DNA of 64,000 nucleotides from Reinekea sp. (GCA_037389025.1 JARRJP010000013.1:54305-118304); one strand, 5' to 3'; positions 36,897 to 45,266 are shown, numbered from the stretch's first letter. The notes: generated by a model not told the origin, from the sequence alone. Numbers and translations are program-made.

Positions 36897-37319
36897 TCAT
36901 GAAATTTCTTTTTTTACATGAGCCCATTTTTTTGGCGTATAACCATACCAGCGTTTAAATGATTCTATAAATGCACTTGAGCTTCTAAAAAACAAAAATT
37001 TAGACACCTGATCAACAGTACAACCTTCAAAGGATAGCAAAAATAACGCATACGGCTTTCTAATCTCATCTTTAACCCCTAAATATGTCATTTTTCGATC
37101 TCTCAATCTTCTATATAAAGTTCTTTCACTAACACATAGAGATGAGCAAACCCCATGCAAATCAAAAGGATTTTTACTATTACTATTAATCTTTTTAATA
37201 ATAACTAGAAAAACGCTTCTCAAAAAATCATCTTTACAATACTTAATGTTGATATGATTGATAATTTTCCTAATTGACTTTTTTGAAACTTTTTCCATTT
37301 TCATTTCCATTGAAGGCAA
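36897..37319 (-). CDS. AraC/XylS-family HTH regulator (DNA-binding domain only, 140 aa)
   Basis: LCVSERTLYRRLRD...TVDQVSKFLFFRSSSAFIESFKRWYGYTPKKW is the double-HTH AraC C-terminal signature. Confidence 0.75.
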   Translation of the reverse strand: MPSMEMKMEKVSKKSIRKIINHINIKYCKDDFLRSVFLVIIKKINSNSKNPFDLHGVCSSLCVSERTLYRRLRDRKMTYLGVKDEIRKPYALFLLSFEGCTVDQVSKFLFFRSSSAFIESFKRWYGYTPKKWAHVKKEIS

Positions 37320-37574
37320 GGATTATAAAAATTCAATAGGCTCTACTATCTTAAAAAGATATAAAAATACGAATAAGCAAGAATTATCATTTTTCATGTT
37401 TATTTATAAAAATTCAACAATAAAAATATCGATTATCTGCCAATAGCACCTTAGTGATAAGCAAATCACACCCATTAAAAAAGAGATCTTAGAATCTTGG
37501 CAATTTCCACGATATTTTAACGTCATTAATTATCCGAATTGTTATGGTAAGTATCAATAAAATCTCAGTATGAG

Positions 37575-37834
37575 ATGAGCTGGATCGGTTGAAATCCGAG
37601 TTCAATCGATTATCTTTTGAAGGTAAAGTCTCTTGGGAAATTCGATTGCTCATGCAAAGCATGCTGGCTCTATTGGATATCATCTGTGCCATTTTTCTGG
37701 AAAGGAACACGACCAAAACTCCAGTCAATTCCAACAAGCCGTCCTCTCAAAACGGAAAATATGAAACGACTCTGCCACACAAAGGCAGTAAAGGAAAAGG
37801 GAAGTATGAAGCGACTCTGTCGGCCAACAATACC
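37575..37834 (+). mobile_element. Transposase N-terminal fragment (IS66/IS1182-like), truncated by IS3 insertion
   Basis: Coiled-coil DELDRLKSEFNRL... followed by KTPVNSNKPSSQNGK, which resembles the NS.NSSKPPS motif of these transposases. It ends abruptly at the IS3 end at 37835. Confidence 0.35.
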
Positions 37835-38330
37835 TGTGACCTGGTCAAGCATTACTGACCAGTCCAGTTAAGCAGCCTTTGCCATTATTTCATTATCTGT
37901 TTTAAACTGTATTGGACTTTTGTAGCCCAAGTAGGAATGAAGTCTTTTGCTGTTGTAATGCATGACAATATAATTCAGAACATCTGCTTGCGCTTCTGCT
38001 CGTGTTTGGTAATGACACCACTGAACTTGCTCTTGCTTTAACGTGCCAAAAACAATTTCGCTTACTGCGCTGTTCCAACAATTTCCTTTGTGGCTCATGC
38101 TACCAACAAAGTGATGATCCTCCAGTAGTTTTCGATACTCACTCGCTCGTGTACTGATAGCCACGATCCGAATAGATCAATCAGCCCAGCTTTTGACTGT
38201 CTTTGCCATCTTTAACGCATCACACACTAATGCTGCTGTCATTCGACTACTCGTGCTCCAACCGACCACTCGGCGTGAGTACAAATTTATGATCACCGTA
38301 AGATAGAGCCAGCCTTCTTGCGTCGTAACT
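37835..38330 (-). mobile_element. IS3-family element, 3' fragment (orfB integrase core, frameshifted and 5'-truncated)
   Basis: [39 protein letters not shown]..(frameshift)..YSDRG and ORF 37868-38164 with SMSHKGNCWNSAVSEIVFGTLKQE...YNSKRLHSYLGYKSPIQF (rve DDE domain). Confidence 0.8.
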
Positions 38331-38798
38331 ACTCACCCCAAAAGCCACAATTTCCCCCGCCAACACCATCTGTCTCGCAATCAACGGATTCACTCCCTTA
38401 CTTGCCATACTCTGCAAATAACTAGTGTCTGTCCGGAAGCGTCTAATCCATTGAATTTAAAAAATAAATTGACCAATTCCAAATAAAACGGCCTTGTGGT
38501 TTTGTAAAATTGCTTTCGCCAAAAAAGAATCCAACCAAACCCAAGGCTTGGCCATGCGGAAAAACCACACAGCTCAAACCAGTATATTCGATTCCTACTG
38601 CGACCCAGAAACCGGAACTGCGAACACCAAACGGAAACAAGTCACTGATCCAGCAAATATTTAAACACAGAATATTGGTGATTCAACAGCAAGATGATTT
38701 GGTTGCTGCTGTATGCGGCACAGCAAAACACCTGATTGATCGACTCAACCTGGCAACAACGCTAATATCCAACCAAACCCAGACGACAGTAATCTTTT

Positions 38799-39848
38799 AT
38801 GTATTTCGGAAGTGATAATCAGGCCGGAGCATCGGCACAGGTCTTTGCGACTCTGCAGCAGGCCAATGAAGGTATCACCGCAGCCTATGGTGATGATGAA
38901 TGGACGACGAAGGCGGTCGGTCGTTTACGCGAGTTATTTGAATGCGATGCTGAAGTGTTTCTGGTCAGCACCGGTACGGCGGCAAATTCATTGGCGTTAT
39001 CGTGCCTGGTCAACCCGTGGGAGAGCATTGTCTGTCACGGCCAGGCTCATATCATCAACGACGAACTGACTGCACCGGAGTTCTTTACCGGTGGTGCGCG
39101 CTTGATCGGCCTTGACTTGACAAAACCGATGCTGTCAGCGACCTCGCTGACAGAATTACTGAGGCAGGGAGCGGCCCATCCACCGCACAATGCGCTACCA
39201 AAAGCGCTCAGCATTACTCAGATAACCGAATCGGGTCAGGTCTATTCGCTGGAGCATATCAGTGAACTGACTACACTTGCCCAACGGCACGGTTTGCGCG
39301 TTCACATGGACGGCGCACGCTTCGCCAATGCCATTGCCGCATTAGGTTGTACACCTGCTGAAATGACCTGGAAATCCGGTGTCGATGTATTAAGCCTTGG
39401 CGCAACAAAAAACGGAGCCTTATGCGCAGAAGCCGTTATCTTTTTTGATCGGGGACAAGCAAGCAATTTTATTGCGCAACGCAAGCGTTCCGGTCATCTG
39501 ATATCCAAAAGCCGCTGGTTGGGTGCGCAATTTTGCGGATGGTTAGATAACAATCATTGGCTCACGCTGGCACAACATGCCAACCAAATGGCTGATCACC
39601 TGCAAACCGCCTTGCAGCAGCACAGCGAGTACAAGCTTGTCTGGCCGGTAAAAGCCAATGAAGTGTTCGTAGTGATGAGCCAGAAAAATATCGATAGATT
39701 GCGTAGCTTCGGTGCAATATTCTATGACTGGCCAAACGCTTTTTTACCCGCCGGGCTGGCATTGACGGAGGACCACCGGGTTGTCCGTCTGGTTACCTCA
39801 TTCCGTACAACAGAAGATGAAGTGCAACAGTTTATTTCTGCACTTTAG
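38799..39848 (+). CDS. ltaE: Low-specificity L-threonine aldolase
   Basis: MYFGSDNQAGASAQV start, STGTAANSLAL and LSLGATKNG (PLP lysine), as in the beta-eliminating lyase / threonine aldolase family. Confidence 0.8.
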   Translation: MYFGSDNQAGASAQVFATLQQANEGITAAYGDDEWTTKAVGRLRELFECDAEVFLVSTGTAANSLALSCLVNPWESIVCHGQAHIINDELTAPEFFTGGARLIGLDLTKPMLSATSLTELLRQGAAHPPHNALPKALSITQITESGQVYSLEHISELTTLAQRHGLRVHMDGARFANAIAALGCTPAEMTWKSGVDVLSLGATKNGALCAEAVIFFDRGQASNFIAQRKRSGHLISKSRWLGAQFCGWLDNNHWLTLAQHANQMADHLQTALQQHSEYKLVWPVKANEVFVVMSQKNIDRLRSFGAIFYDWPNAFLPAGLALTEDHRVVRLVTSFRTTEDEVQQFISAL

Positions 39849-39964
39849 CCATTCCCTCTATGCAATGTAAATTCCGAAAACGGCCAGATTTAAGGACCCT
39901 ATTCTGGCGTAATATCTCTTCGGAAACATCCTGACTCAAAAAATTATCGTACAAGGAACATTGC

Positions 39965-40858
39965 ATGAAAAAGATTGATCTCTTCACTCTGGTCTTGCTA
40001 TCGGCAATATGGGGAGCATCATTTCTGTTTATGCGTGTGGCCTCTGATGATTTTGGTCCCTGGTCACTGGTCTTTATTCGCATGTTCAGCGCGTTTCTGT
40101 GCATTTCACCACTACTGTTCAAAGCAGGAACGCTGCGTCGTATCGCCAGAAACATCCTGCCACTGACGATTCTCGCCTTGTTTAATCAGGTATTGCCCTT
40201 CACGCTGTTTGCTTTTGCAACACTGCGCCTGGAAGCCGGTTTTACCTCGTTGTTGAACGCCACAACGCCCATCATGACGGCAATAGTGGGGACTTTATTG
40301 TTCGCTGCCCCCATTTACCGTCACCAGATAATCGGTCTGGCGTTTTCCTTTTTCGGTATTTTTGTACTGTCATCAGACAAGATGGACTTCACCAGTGGTG
40401 GCGAAGGCTGGTCAATCATCGCAGGGCTGACTGCCTGCCTGTGTTATGCCTGGTCGGCGAACTACACCAAGCGATTCTCGGAGCTGAGCGCCTCGGAAAT
40501 GGCCGTCGGCACTATGTTTACCAGCAGCCTGCTATTGGTTATTCCTGGTGTACTGTACTGGCCTGCTGTGATGCCAGATGGCATTACCTGGCTTAGCGCA
40601 TTGCTACTGGGAGCGTTTTGTACCGGCGTCGCTTTTATGCTGTTTTATCGGCTGGTGCGCAGTGCCGGAGCGCTGTCATCGACGACCGTAACAATTCTAG
40701 TGCCTATTTTTGCAATCTGTTGGGGCGCACTACTACTTGAGGAAACAATCTCATTACGAATGCTGGTTGGTATGGTTCTGGCGCTCGCGGGCACCGCCGT
40801 TACAATCAGGCTGGTAAAACTTCCGACGACGGCGAAAAGCCTTGAGAATCAACACTAG
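39965..40858 (+). CDS. EamA/DMT-family transporter
   Basis: 297 aa with ~10 TM segments and the tandem EamA-domain layout. Confidence 0.8.
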   Translation: MKKIDLFTLVLLSAIWGASFLFMRVASDDFGPWSLVFIRMFSAFLCISPLLFKAGTLRRIARNILPLTILALFNQVLPFTLFAFATLRLEAGFTSLLNATTPIMTAIVGTLLFAAPIYRHQIIGLAFSFFGIFVLSSDKMDFTSGGEGWSIIAGLTACLCYAWSANYTKRFSELSASEMAVGTMFTSSLLLVIPGVLYWPAVMPDGITWLSALLLGAFCTGVAFMLFYRLVRSAGALSSTTVTILVPIFAICWGALLLEETISLRMLVGMVLALAGTAVTIRLVKLPTTAKSLENQH

Positions 40859-41028
40859 GAGGCTGTCCGAGAATGGCGTTTGAAAACGAGATACAGTTTT
40901 GGGTGATTCAAAAGTTTCTTTATACTACCTGTCAGTTGAATTAGTTGAAATTAAAGTATTGTTTAGATGTACTTGAGCATCGTCGTATTTTGGGTCGGCG
41001 ACCTTGTGCCTTATTCTCGGACAGCCAC
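40859..41028 (+). mobile_element. Family-B MITE (170 bp), copy 1
   Basis: TIR GAGGCTGTCCGAGAAT...ATTCTCGGACAGCCAC, flanked by CTAG on both sides (40855-40858 and 41029-41032). About 85-90% identical by eye to the copy at 41780. Confidence 0.85.
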
Positions 41029-41532
41029 CTAGAACGATGCTGCAGCCCGCGCAGCCTGATCATATACTCCGGACATGGTACGCAGAAACTTGGCCATGTT
41101 GCCAAGTTCCTCACGGCTGACACCCAGGGTAGCCAGTGAATCGACCAGACAGTCCTTGCGCACATCCCGGTATTTCAGACACAGGGTGGCACCGCTGTCA
41201 CTGGTGGTATAAAAGGTTTCTTTGCCTACCTTCTCACTTGACACGAGTCCCAGCTTACCCAGTTTTCGCAATGAGTAAGAGACCGTGTGGGTATCATCGA
41301 TATTCAGCATAAAGCAGATATCGGCAATACGTTTCGGTCGTTCCCGGTGATGCACGTTGTGCAGGATCAGAATATCGATCGAACTGAGTTCCTTGTTACC
41401 TGCTGCCGCCATGCAGTGAATCAGCCAGCGCGAAAAGGCGTTATTGGCCATGGTCAGCGCATATTCAAATTCACTGAGTTCGGTGCCGCTTTCACTCAGA
41501 TGGCTGGAGGAAACAATAGAGGTTTTGATCAT
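41029..41532 (-). CDS. Winged-helix (MarR-like) DNA-binding transcriptional regulator
   Basis: 167 aa. ...SIDILILHNVHHRERPKRIADICFMLNIDDTHTVSYSLRKLGKLGLVSSEKVGKETFY is a wHTH pattern. Confidence 0.65.
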   Translation of the reverse strand: MIKTSIVSSSHLSESGTELSEFEYALTMANNAFSRWLIHCMAAAGNKELSSIDILILHNVHHRERPKRIADICFMLNIDDTHTVSYSLRKLGKLGLVSSEKVGKETFYTTSDSGATLCLKYRDVRKDCLVDSLATLGVSREELGNMAKFLRTMSGVYDQAARAAASF

Positions 41533-41557
41533 TAGGGTATTGCCTTTCGTGATTGGT

Positions 41558-41617
41558 CAGTATTACCAGTGTCATCGGCTAATACTGGGCTGGACGATAA
41601 TACTGTAGAGGATACTG
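41558..41617. promoter_or_regulatory. Array of ATACTG-type half sites upstream of the wHTH regulator (candidate operator)
   Basis: CAGTATTACCAGTG (41558-41571), then AATACTGGG (41581), AATACTGTA (41598) and GATACTGGC (41611). Confidence 0.25.
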
Positions 41618-41779
41618 GCATCTATGGCGGGAAGGAAGGGGTGTCATGGCAAAGCGATCTACCAGCCTGTTAATCCACTCTGCTGTTCAGTGAAGCGACC
41701 GGAAAAAGGCATCCTGTCTTATTTCAACCTGAATCCGCGATCACTCTCTGTACCCAACCTGAAATCGGATAGTATCTAG

Positions 41780-41949
41780 GAGGCTGTCCGAGAATAGCGT
41801 TTAAAAACGAAATATAGTTTTAGGTGAATCGAAAGTTTCTTTATGCTACCTATCAGTCTAATTAATTGAAATCAAAGTATTTTATGGATGTACTTACACA
41901 TCGCCGTATTTTGGGTCGGCGACCTTGTGCCTTGTTCTCGGACAGCCTC
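41780..41949 (+). mobile_element. Family-B MITE (170 bp), copy 2
   Basis: Same orientation as copy 1. Left flank CTAG, right flank CCAG. TIR GAGGCTGTCCGAGAA / TTCTCGGACAGCCTC. Confidence 0.85.
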
Positions 41950-42071
41950 CCAGGCTAATTTTCACCGCTCTCGACCTATGGTGACATTTCCGGGCCAGTT
42001 TGATCCGTCCAATTGGAAGTGAGCGGTAAATGTTTGGCGTCTGCTGTGCACAGCTTTTCAGAGACGTTCAA

Positions 42072-42866
42072 TCAATAAAATGCAAACGCTCCGAATCCGC
42101 GAACACGATCTTTCTTTCCGGTTGTGTCGGCAGAAGTCGACATGCCAAGACATTTTGAATCAAGCTGCTTTTCTTTTGCCAATAGTAAAAAAGCATTTAA
42201 GACGTTGTAGCCGCATGCCTGTTCATATTGGAAAGTCGAATCATATAAGCGAACACGTTCACTTGATCTCTGGTTTTCTTCCACTACCTTTTCATAAGGT
42301 TTGTGACGACTGAGTCCAGTGCTGATGATAAATAGCGTCTCGTTATCGCCCCAAAGCTCAAGCAGAGTCTCTTTGATCTTTGGTGAATCCTGATTACCTA
42401 CAACAATGGGAACAATTTGAAAATCATCCAAGGCAACCTGTAGAAACGGCAACTGTACTTCCAGACTGTGCTCTTTTCGGTGTGCTTCTGCATTTTTTTC
42501 AAACATTGGATGTTCACAAAATTGTTTAATCGCTGTCTTATCAACATTGACTGTACCCAGAGGTGTCTGGAAGGCGTCTTCGATCGGCAGTGCCAGGGTA
42601 TCAAGTGGTGTTTTATGAGAGGGGCCAAGTAATACCACGCGACGGATAGTGTCATAGACGGTATCCAGCTGTTGGTATGCCAGCGCTGCTGTCTGTGCAG
42701 AATATTGATAAGAAGAATGTGGCACAACCAAGGCTTTGGGTGGGCGTGGAATCAATCGTCCTTTGTGTTCCAGCCAAGCCTCTACCTGTGCCAGTAGACG
42801 TTGTGTGTCGGCCTCATAAAGCGTGCCAGCAAAAGCGGGTAGGCGAATGTTCATGTTGAAGCTCAT
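42072..42866 (-). CDS. MEMO1-family protein (AmmeMemoRadiSam system protein B-like)
   Basis: PAFAGTLYEAD..., ALVVPHSSYQYS and VVLLGPSH are typical Memo-like motifs. Confidence 0.75.
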   Translation of the reverse strand: MSFNMNIRLPAFAGTLYEADTQRLLAQVEAWLEHKGRLIPRPPKALVVPHSSYQYSAQTAALAYQQLDTVYDTIRRVVLLGPSHKTPLDTLALPIEDAFQTPLGTVNVDKTAIKQFCEHPMFEKNAEAHRKEHSLEVQLPFLQVALDDFQIVPIVVGNQDSPKIKETLLELWGDNETLFIISTGLSRHKPYEKVVEENQRSSERVRLYDSTFQYEQACGYNVLNAFLLLAKEKQLDSKCLGMSTSADTTGKKDRVRGFGAFAFY

Positions 42867-42949
42867 TTGGTGACTTGGTTGCTAAAAAGACTAAGCCAGA
42901 AGACATGATTCGCTTTGCTTCAGGTCAACGATTGGGTAACTCAGTTAAA

Positions 42950-43570
42950 TTATCGCTGTCGGCTGCGCAACCATTGCCTGGAAACCCGGTAGCCAACATA
43001 GGCTGCAACACCCACCGGACCGGCTGCCCAGCGAGCAGCTGATTTAAGTCCCCAGTCGAGCGCCAGGTCTTTTGCAATGTTACCAGCAGCTTTTCGCTTG
43101 GAGGCTGTACTGGTATTCCCTGGTGCGCTGAGTGTGCCGAGTCCTCGGCTGATGGCTTCCAAACCGGGATGGATTGCCCCAAGCACTGTATCAACCCACT
43201 CTATCTGAGCTGAGCGTTGGTCTCCCATAATGGCCCAGTGGCATAGATGCTCGCAATTATTGGAGTGGACGTTGTATTTCTCTTCGCCCAGTCGGCTTAA
43301 GGCACGTAATACGCAGTCCTCACGAGAAAACCGTCGTTTTTGATATTCTCTGACATAAACTGTTCTACCATCAGCGAAACCATTGAGGTCGGCAATTTCA
43401 AGTGGCCCTGAATCCAGGTGTCGTATCCAGCCAGCATAATGAATGACCAGCGCCTCACCTTCGTTATTTTCGCCCAGATATAAACCGTGATGGCTGTAGC
43501 CTTGTCTGAGAATCCACAGATGGTCTCCCTGCCTTGGCAAGGTATCAGGTGCCAGTTTATATGACGCCAT
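42950..43570 (-). CDS. LRAT/NlpC-P60 (H-box/NC domain) family protein with a C-terminal hydrophobic tail
   Basis: YSHHGLYLG (His box) and NCEHLCHW (catalytic Cys motif). C-terminal AAGPVGVAAYVGY segment. Confidence 0.7.
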   Translation of the reverse strand: MASYKLAPDTLPRQGDHLWILRQGYSHHGLYLGENNEGEALVIHYAGWIRHLDSGPLEIADLNGFADGRTVYVREYQKRRFSREDCVLRALSRLGEEKYNVHSNNCEHLCHWAIMGDQRSAQIEWVDTVLGAIHPGLEAISRGLGTLSAPGNTSTASKRKAAGNIAKDLALDWGLKSAARWAAGPVGVAAYVGYRVSRQWLRSRQR

Positions 43571-43654
43571 AGATCAATCTCTATTGAACTTTATGGCTCT
43601 AAGGTAGTCTGCTTTATTCAGGAATACATTGGAAAGATGTCATGAGTTCACCTC

Positions 43655-44185
43655 GTGCTGAGTCCGGTTGTAGACGTGCAATATCTGATGGGTGGTCTCG
43701 CTCCAGATTGCCAACAAGCTATGCCATTGCAGCAACAGGAAGCTATTAAAGGGTATTGGCAGAAAATCCAGACAATGTTTGGGACGGAATTTAATTTCAG
43801 CTTTTGGACTGAGAACGCCCCTCGGCGATCAACTTATCCTGCCTGTCGAGCGGTAATAGCAGCCCGCTGGCAGCAGGCTGAGCTCGCAATGATTGATGCC
43901 ATTCAAAATGCCTATTATTTGCGTGCAATGAACCCTTCGGATGTTTCCACTCACGTTCGACTGGCCGGAGAGTTGGCGCTGGATGTTGAAAAGTTCAGTG
44001 TTGATCTTGAGAGCGATGCATTGGAAACCGCTTTTCAGCGGGAGTTGGCTTATGCTCGCTCTTTGCCGGTCAATGGCTTTCCATCTATGGTTCTGGTTGT
44101 TGACGGTCGTGCGACGGCTGTACCGCTTGACTACCGGAACCATGAAACGGCGGTAATCTTTGTGAAAACACAATTACAGTCGTGA
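43655..44185 (+). CDS. DsbA-family thioredoxin-fold protein, apparently lacking the N-terminal CxxC segment
   Basis: GTG start. It begins at ...VQYLMGGLAPD, which in related DsbA-like proteins lies ~40-50 aa after the CxxC. Only 84 bp of intergenic DNA lie upstream. Confidence 0.5.
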   Translation: MLSPVVDVQYLMGGLAPDCQQAMPLQQQEAIKGYWQKIQTMFGTEFNFSFWTENAPRRSTYPACRAVIAARWQQAELAMIDAIQNAYYLRAMNPSDVSTHVRLAGELALDVEKFSVDLESDALETAFQRELAYARSLPVNGFPSMVLVVDGRATAVPLDYRNHETAVIFVKTQLQS

Positions 44186-44265
44186 GCGGTCAATTCGGTT
44201 AAAAGTGACTATCTGCCGTTTATTCAACTTGCTACATTGAAATACTCTGTTTGGGTGTTTAAGTA

Positions 44266-44426
44266 CCTGAATCCGTGACTTCTTCAGTGGATGCAGGGTG
44301 TAAGAGCTTGATTTCTATTTGTTTTGCAAAACTTGCAGGTGCACCCATAGATTCACCCCAATTTTTGAGAAGCAAAGAGGAATCAATGGCTTGCGCACTG
44401 CGCCGCGATGAAGTCACGGATTCAGG
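44266..44426 (+). repeat. Family-A MITE-like repeat, full copy
   Basis: TIRs are intact. The 6-mer TAAGTA is on both flanks. Confidence 0.9.
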
Positions 44427-44472
44427 TAAGTACTTAAACGTATATTGTTAGGAACCTTAAGGAGTCCCTGTT

Positions 44473-44844
44473 ATGCGTCCGATTCTCGACATTGAGCATA
44501 TTCACGCGGCAATTCACGATCAACTGGGTGGCAACCCGCGCTATATTGAAGAGATTAAAAAAGCGATTGCGCAACATCCTGTCGTCGTCGTGGGTATGAA
44601 GCAGAATCCTTTTGTCAAACGTGCACGGCAGGTGCTCAATGAAAAAGGCATTAAATATGAGTACTTGGAGTACGGCTCTTATTTTTCGCAGTGGCGTTTG
44701 CGCTTGGCGATTAAAATGTGGACTGGGTATGTCACATTTCCCCAGATCTTTGTAGCGGGTACCTTAATTGGTGGTAATGATGAATTAAGAGCTATGCTGT
44801 CAGGTGATGTGTCTGAGTTACCGGTGGCATTGAAGGGGCAGTAA
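44473..44844 (+). CDS. Glutaredoxin-fold protein without any cysteine
   Basis: VVVVGMKQNPFVKRARQVLNEKGIKYEY...TFPQIFVAGTLIGGNDEL matches the Grx layout. The CxxC/CGFS position reads NPFV, and the 123-aa protein has no Cys. Confidence 0.65.
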   Translation: MRPILDIEHIHAAIHDQLGGNPRYIEEIKKAIAQHPVVVVGMKQNPFVKRARQVLNEKGIKYEYLEYGSYFSQWRLRLAIKMWTGYVTFPQIFVAGTLIGGNDELRAMLSGDVSELPVALKGQ

Positions 44845-44865
44845 TGTTGCTGGAAAGGCCAAGTT

Positions 44866-44896
44866 AAAAAACGGATCAGTTAACTGATCCGTTTTT
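44866..44896 (+). terminator. Rho-independent (bidirectional) terminator after the Grx-like gene
   Basis: AAAAAACGGATCAG-TTAA-CTGATCCGTTTTT: a 9-bp perfect stem and 4-nt loop, with an A-run upstream and a T-run downstream. Confidence 0.8.
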
Positions 44897-45106
44897 GTTG
44901 TAGGGGCCAGTGTAGTGTCTCAAATAAAACGCATATTAAGATAATCCACCGATTTAAAGTTGCGGCATAGGTATTATTCGGTAAAACGGCGGCCCGCTCT
45001 TCGAGAAGCTCTCCAGAAGTCCACCGCTTCGTTCCAGCTCTTGATAAAGGAGGGGCCTTCGAGCTGCGCCTCGTAGTGAACATCTGGAGGGGCTTTCTTA
45101 ATACAG

Positions 45107-45266
45107 TCTGAATCCGTGACTCCATAGCGGCGCAGTGCGCAAGCCATTGATTCCTATTTGCTTCCCAAAAATTGGGGTGAACCTATGGGTACACCTGCAA
45201 TTTTTGAAAAACAAATAGAAATCAAGTTCTTACACTCTGCATCCACTCTGGAGTCACGGATTCAGG
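45107..45266 (-). repeat. Family-A MITE-like repeat, full copy
   Basis: Perfect 5-bp direct repeat TACAG abuts both ends. Inverted relative to the copy at 44266. Confidence 0.9.

Noticed and set aside
19554-38440. Island as a prophage, ICE or O-antigen/capsule locus
   Set aside because: It has no integrase, capsid, tail, conjugation or tRNA attachment features. It has only one glycosyltransferase, and no Wzx/Wzy/Wzz, ABC exporter or NDP-sugar synthesis genes.
38443-38815. ORFs 38443-38640 (-) and 38510-38815 (+) between the IS3 remnant and ltaE
   Set aside because: They are basic, low-complexity, mutually overlapping and overlap the ltaE start. They are more likely promoter DNA or scar sequence of the island junction.
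44880-45125. 81-aa minus-strand ORF between the Grx-like gene terminator and the repeat at 45107
   Set aside because: It overlaps the repeat TIR at its 5' end and has no RBS or recognisable family. The region may hold a decayed gene remnant, but I cannot support a call.
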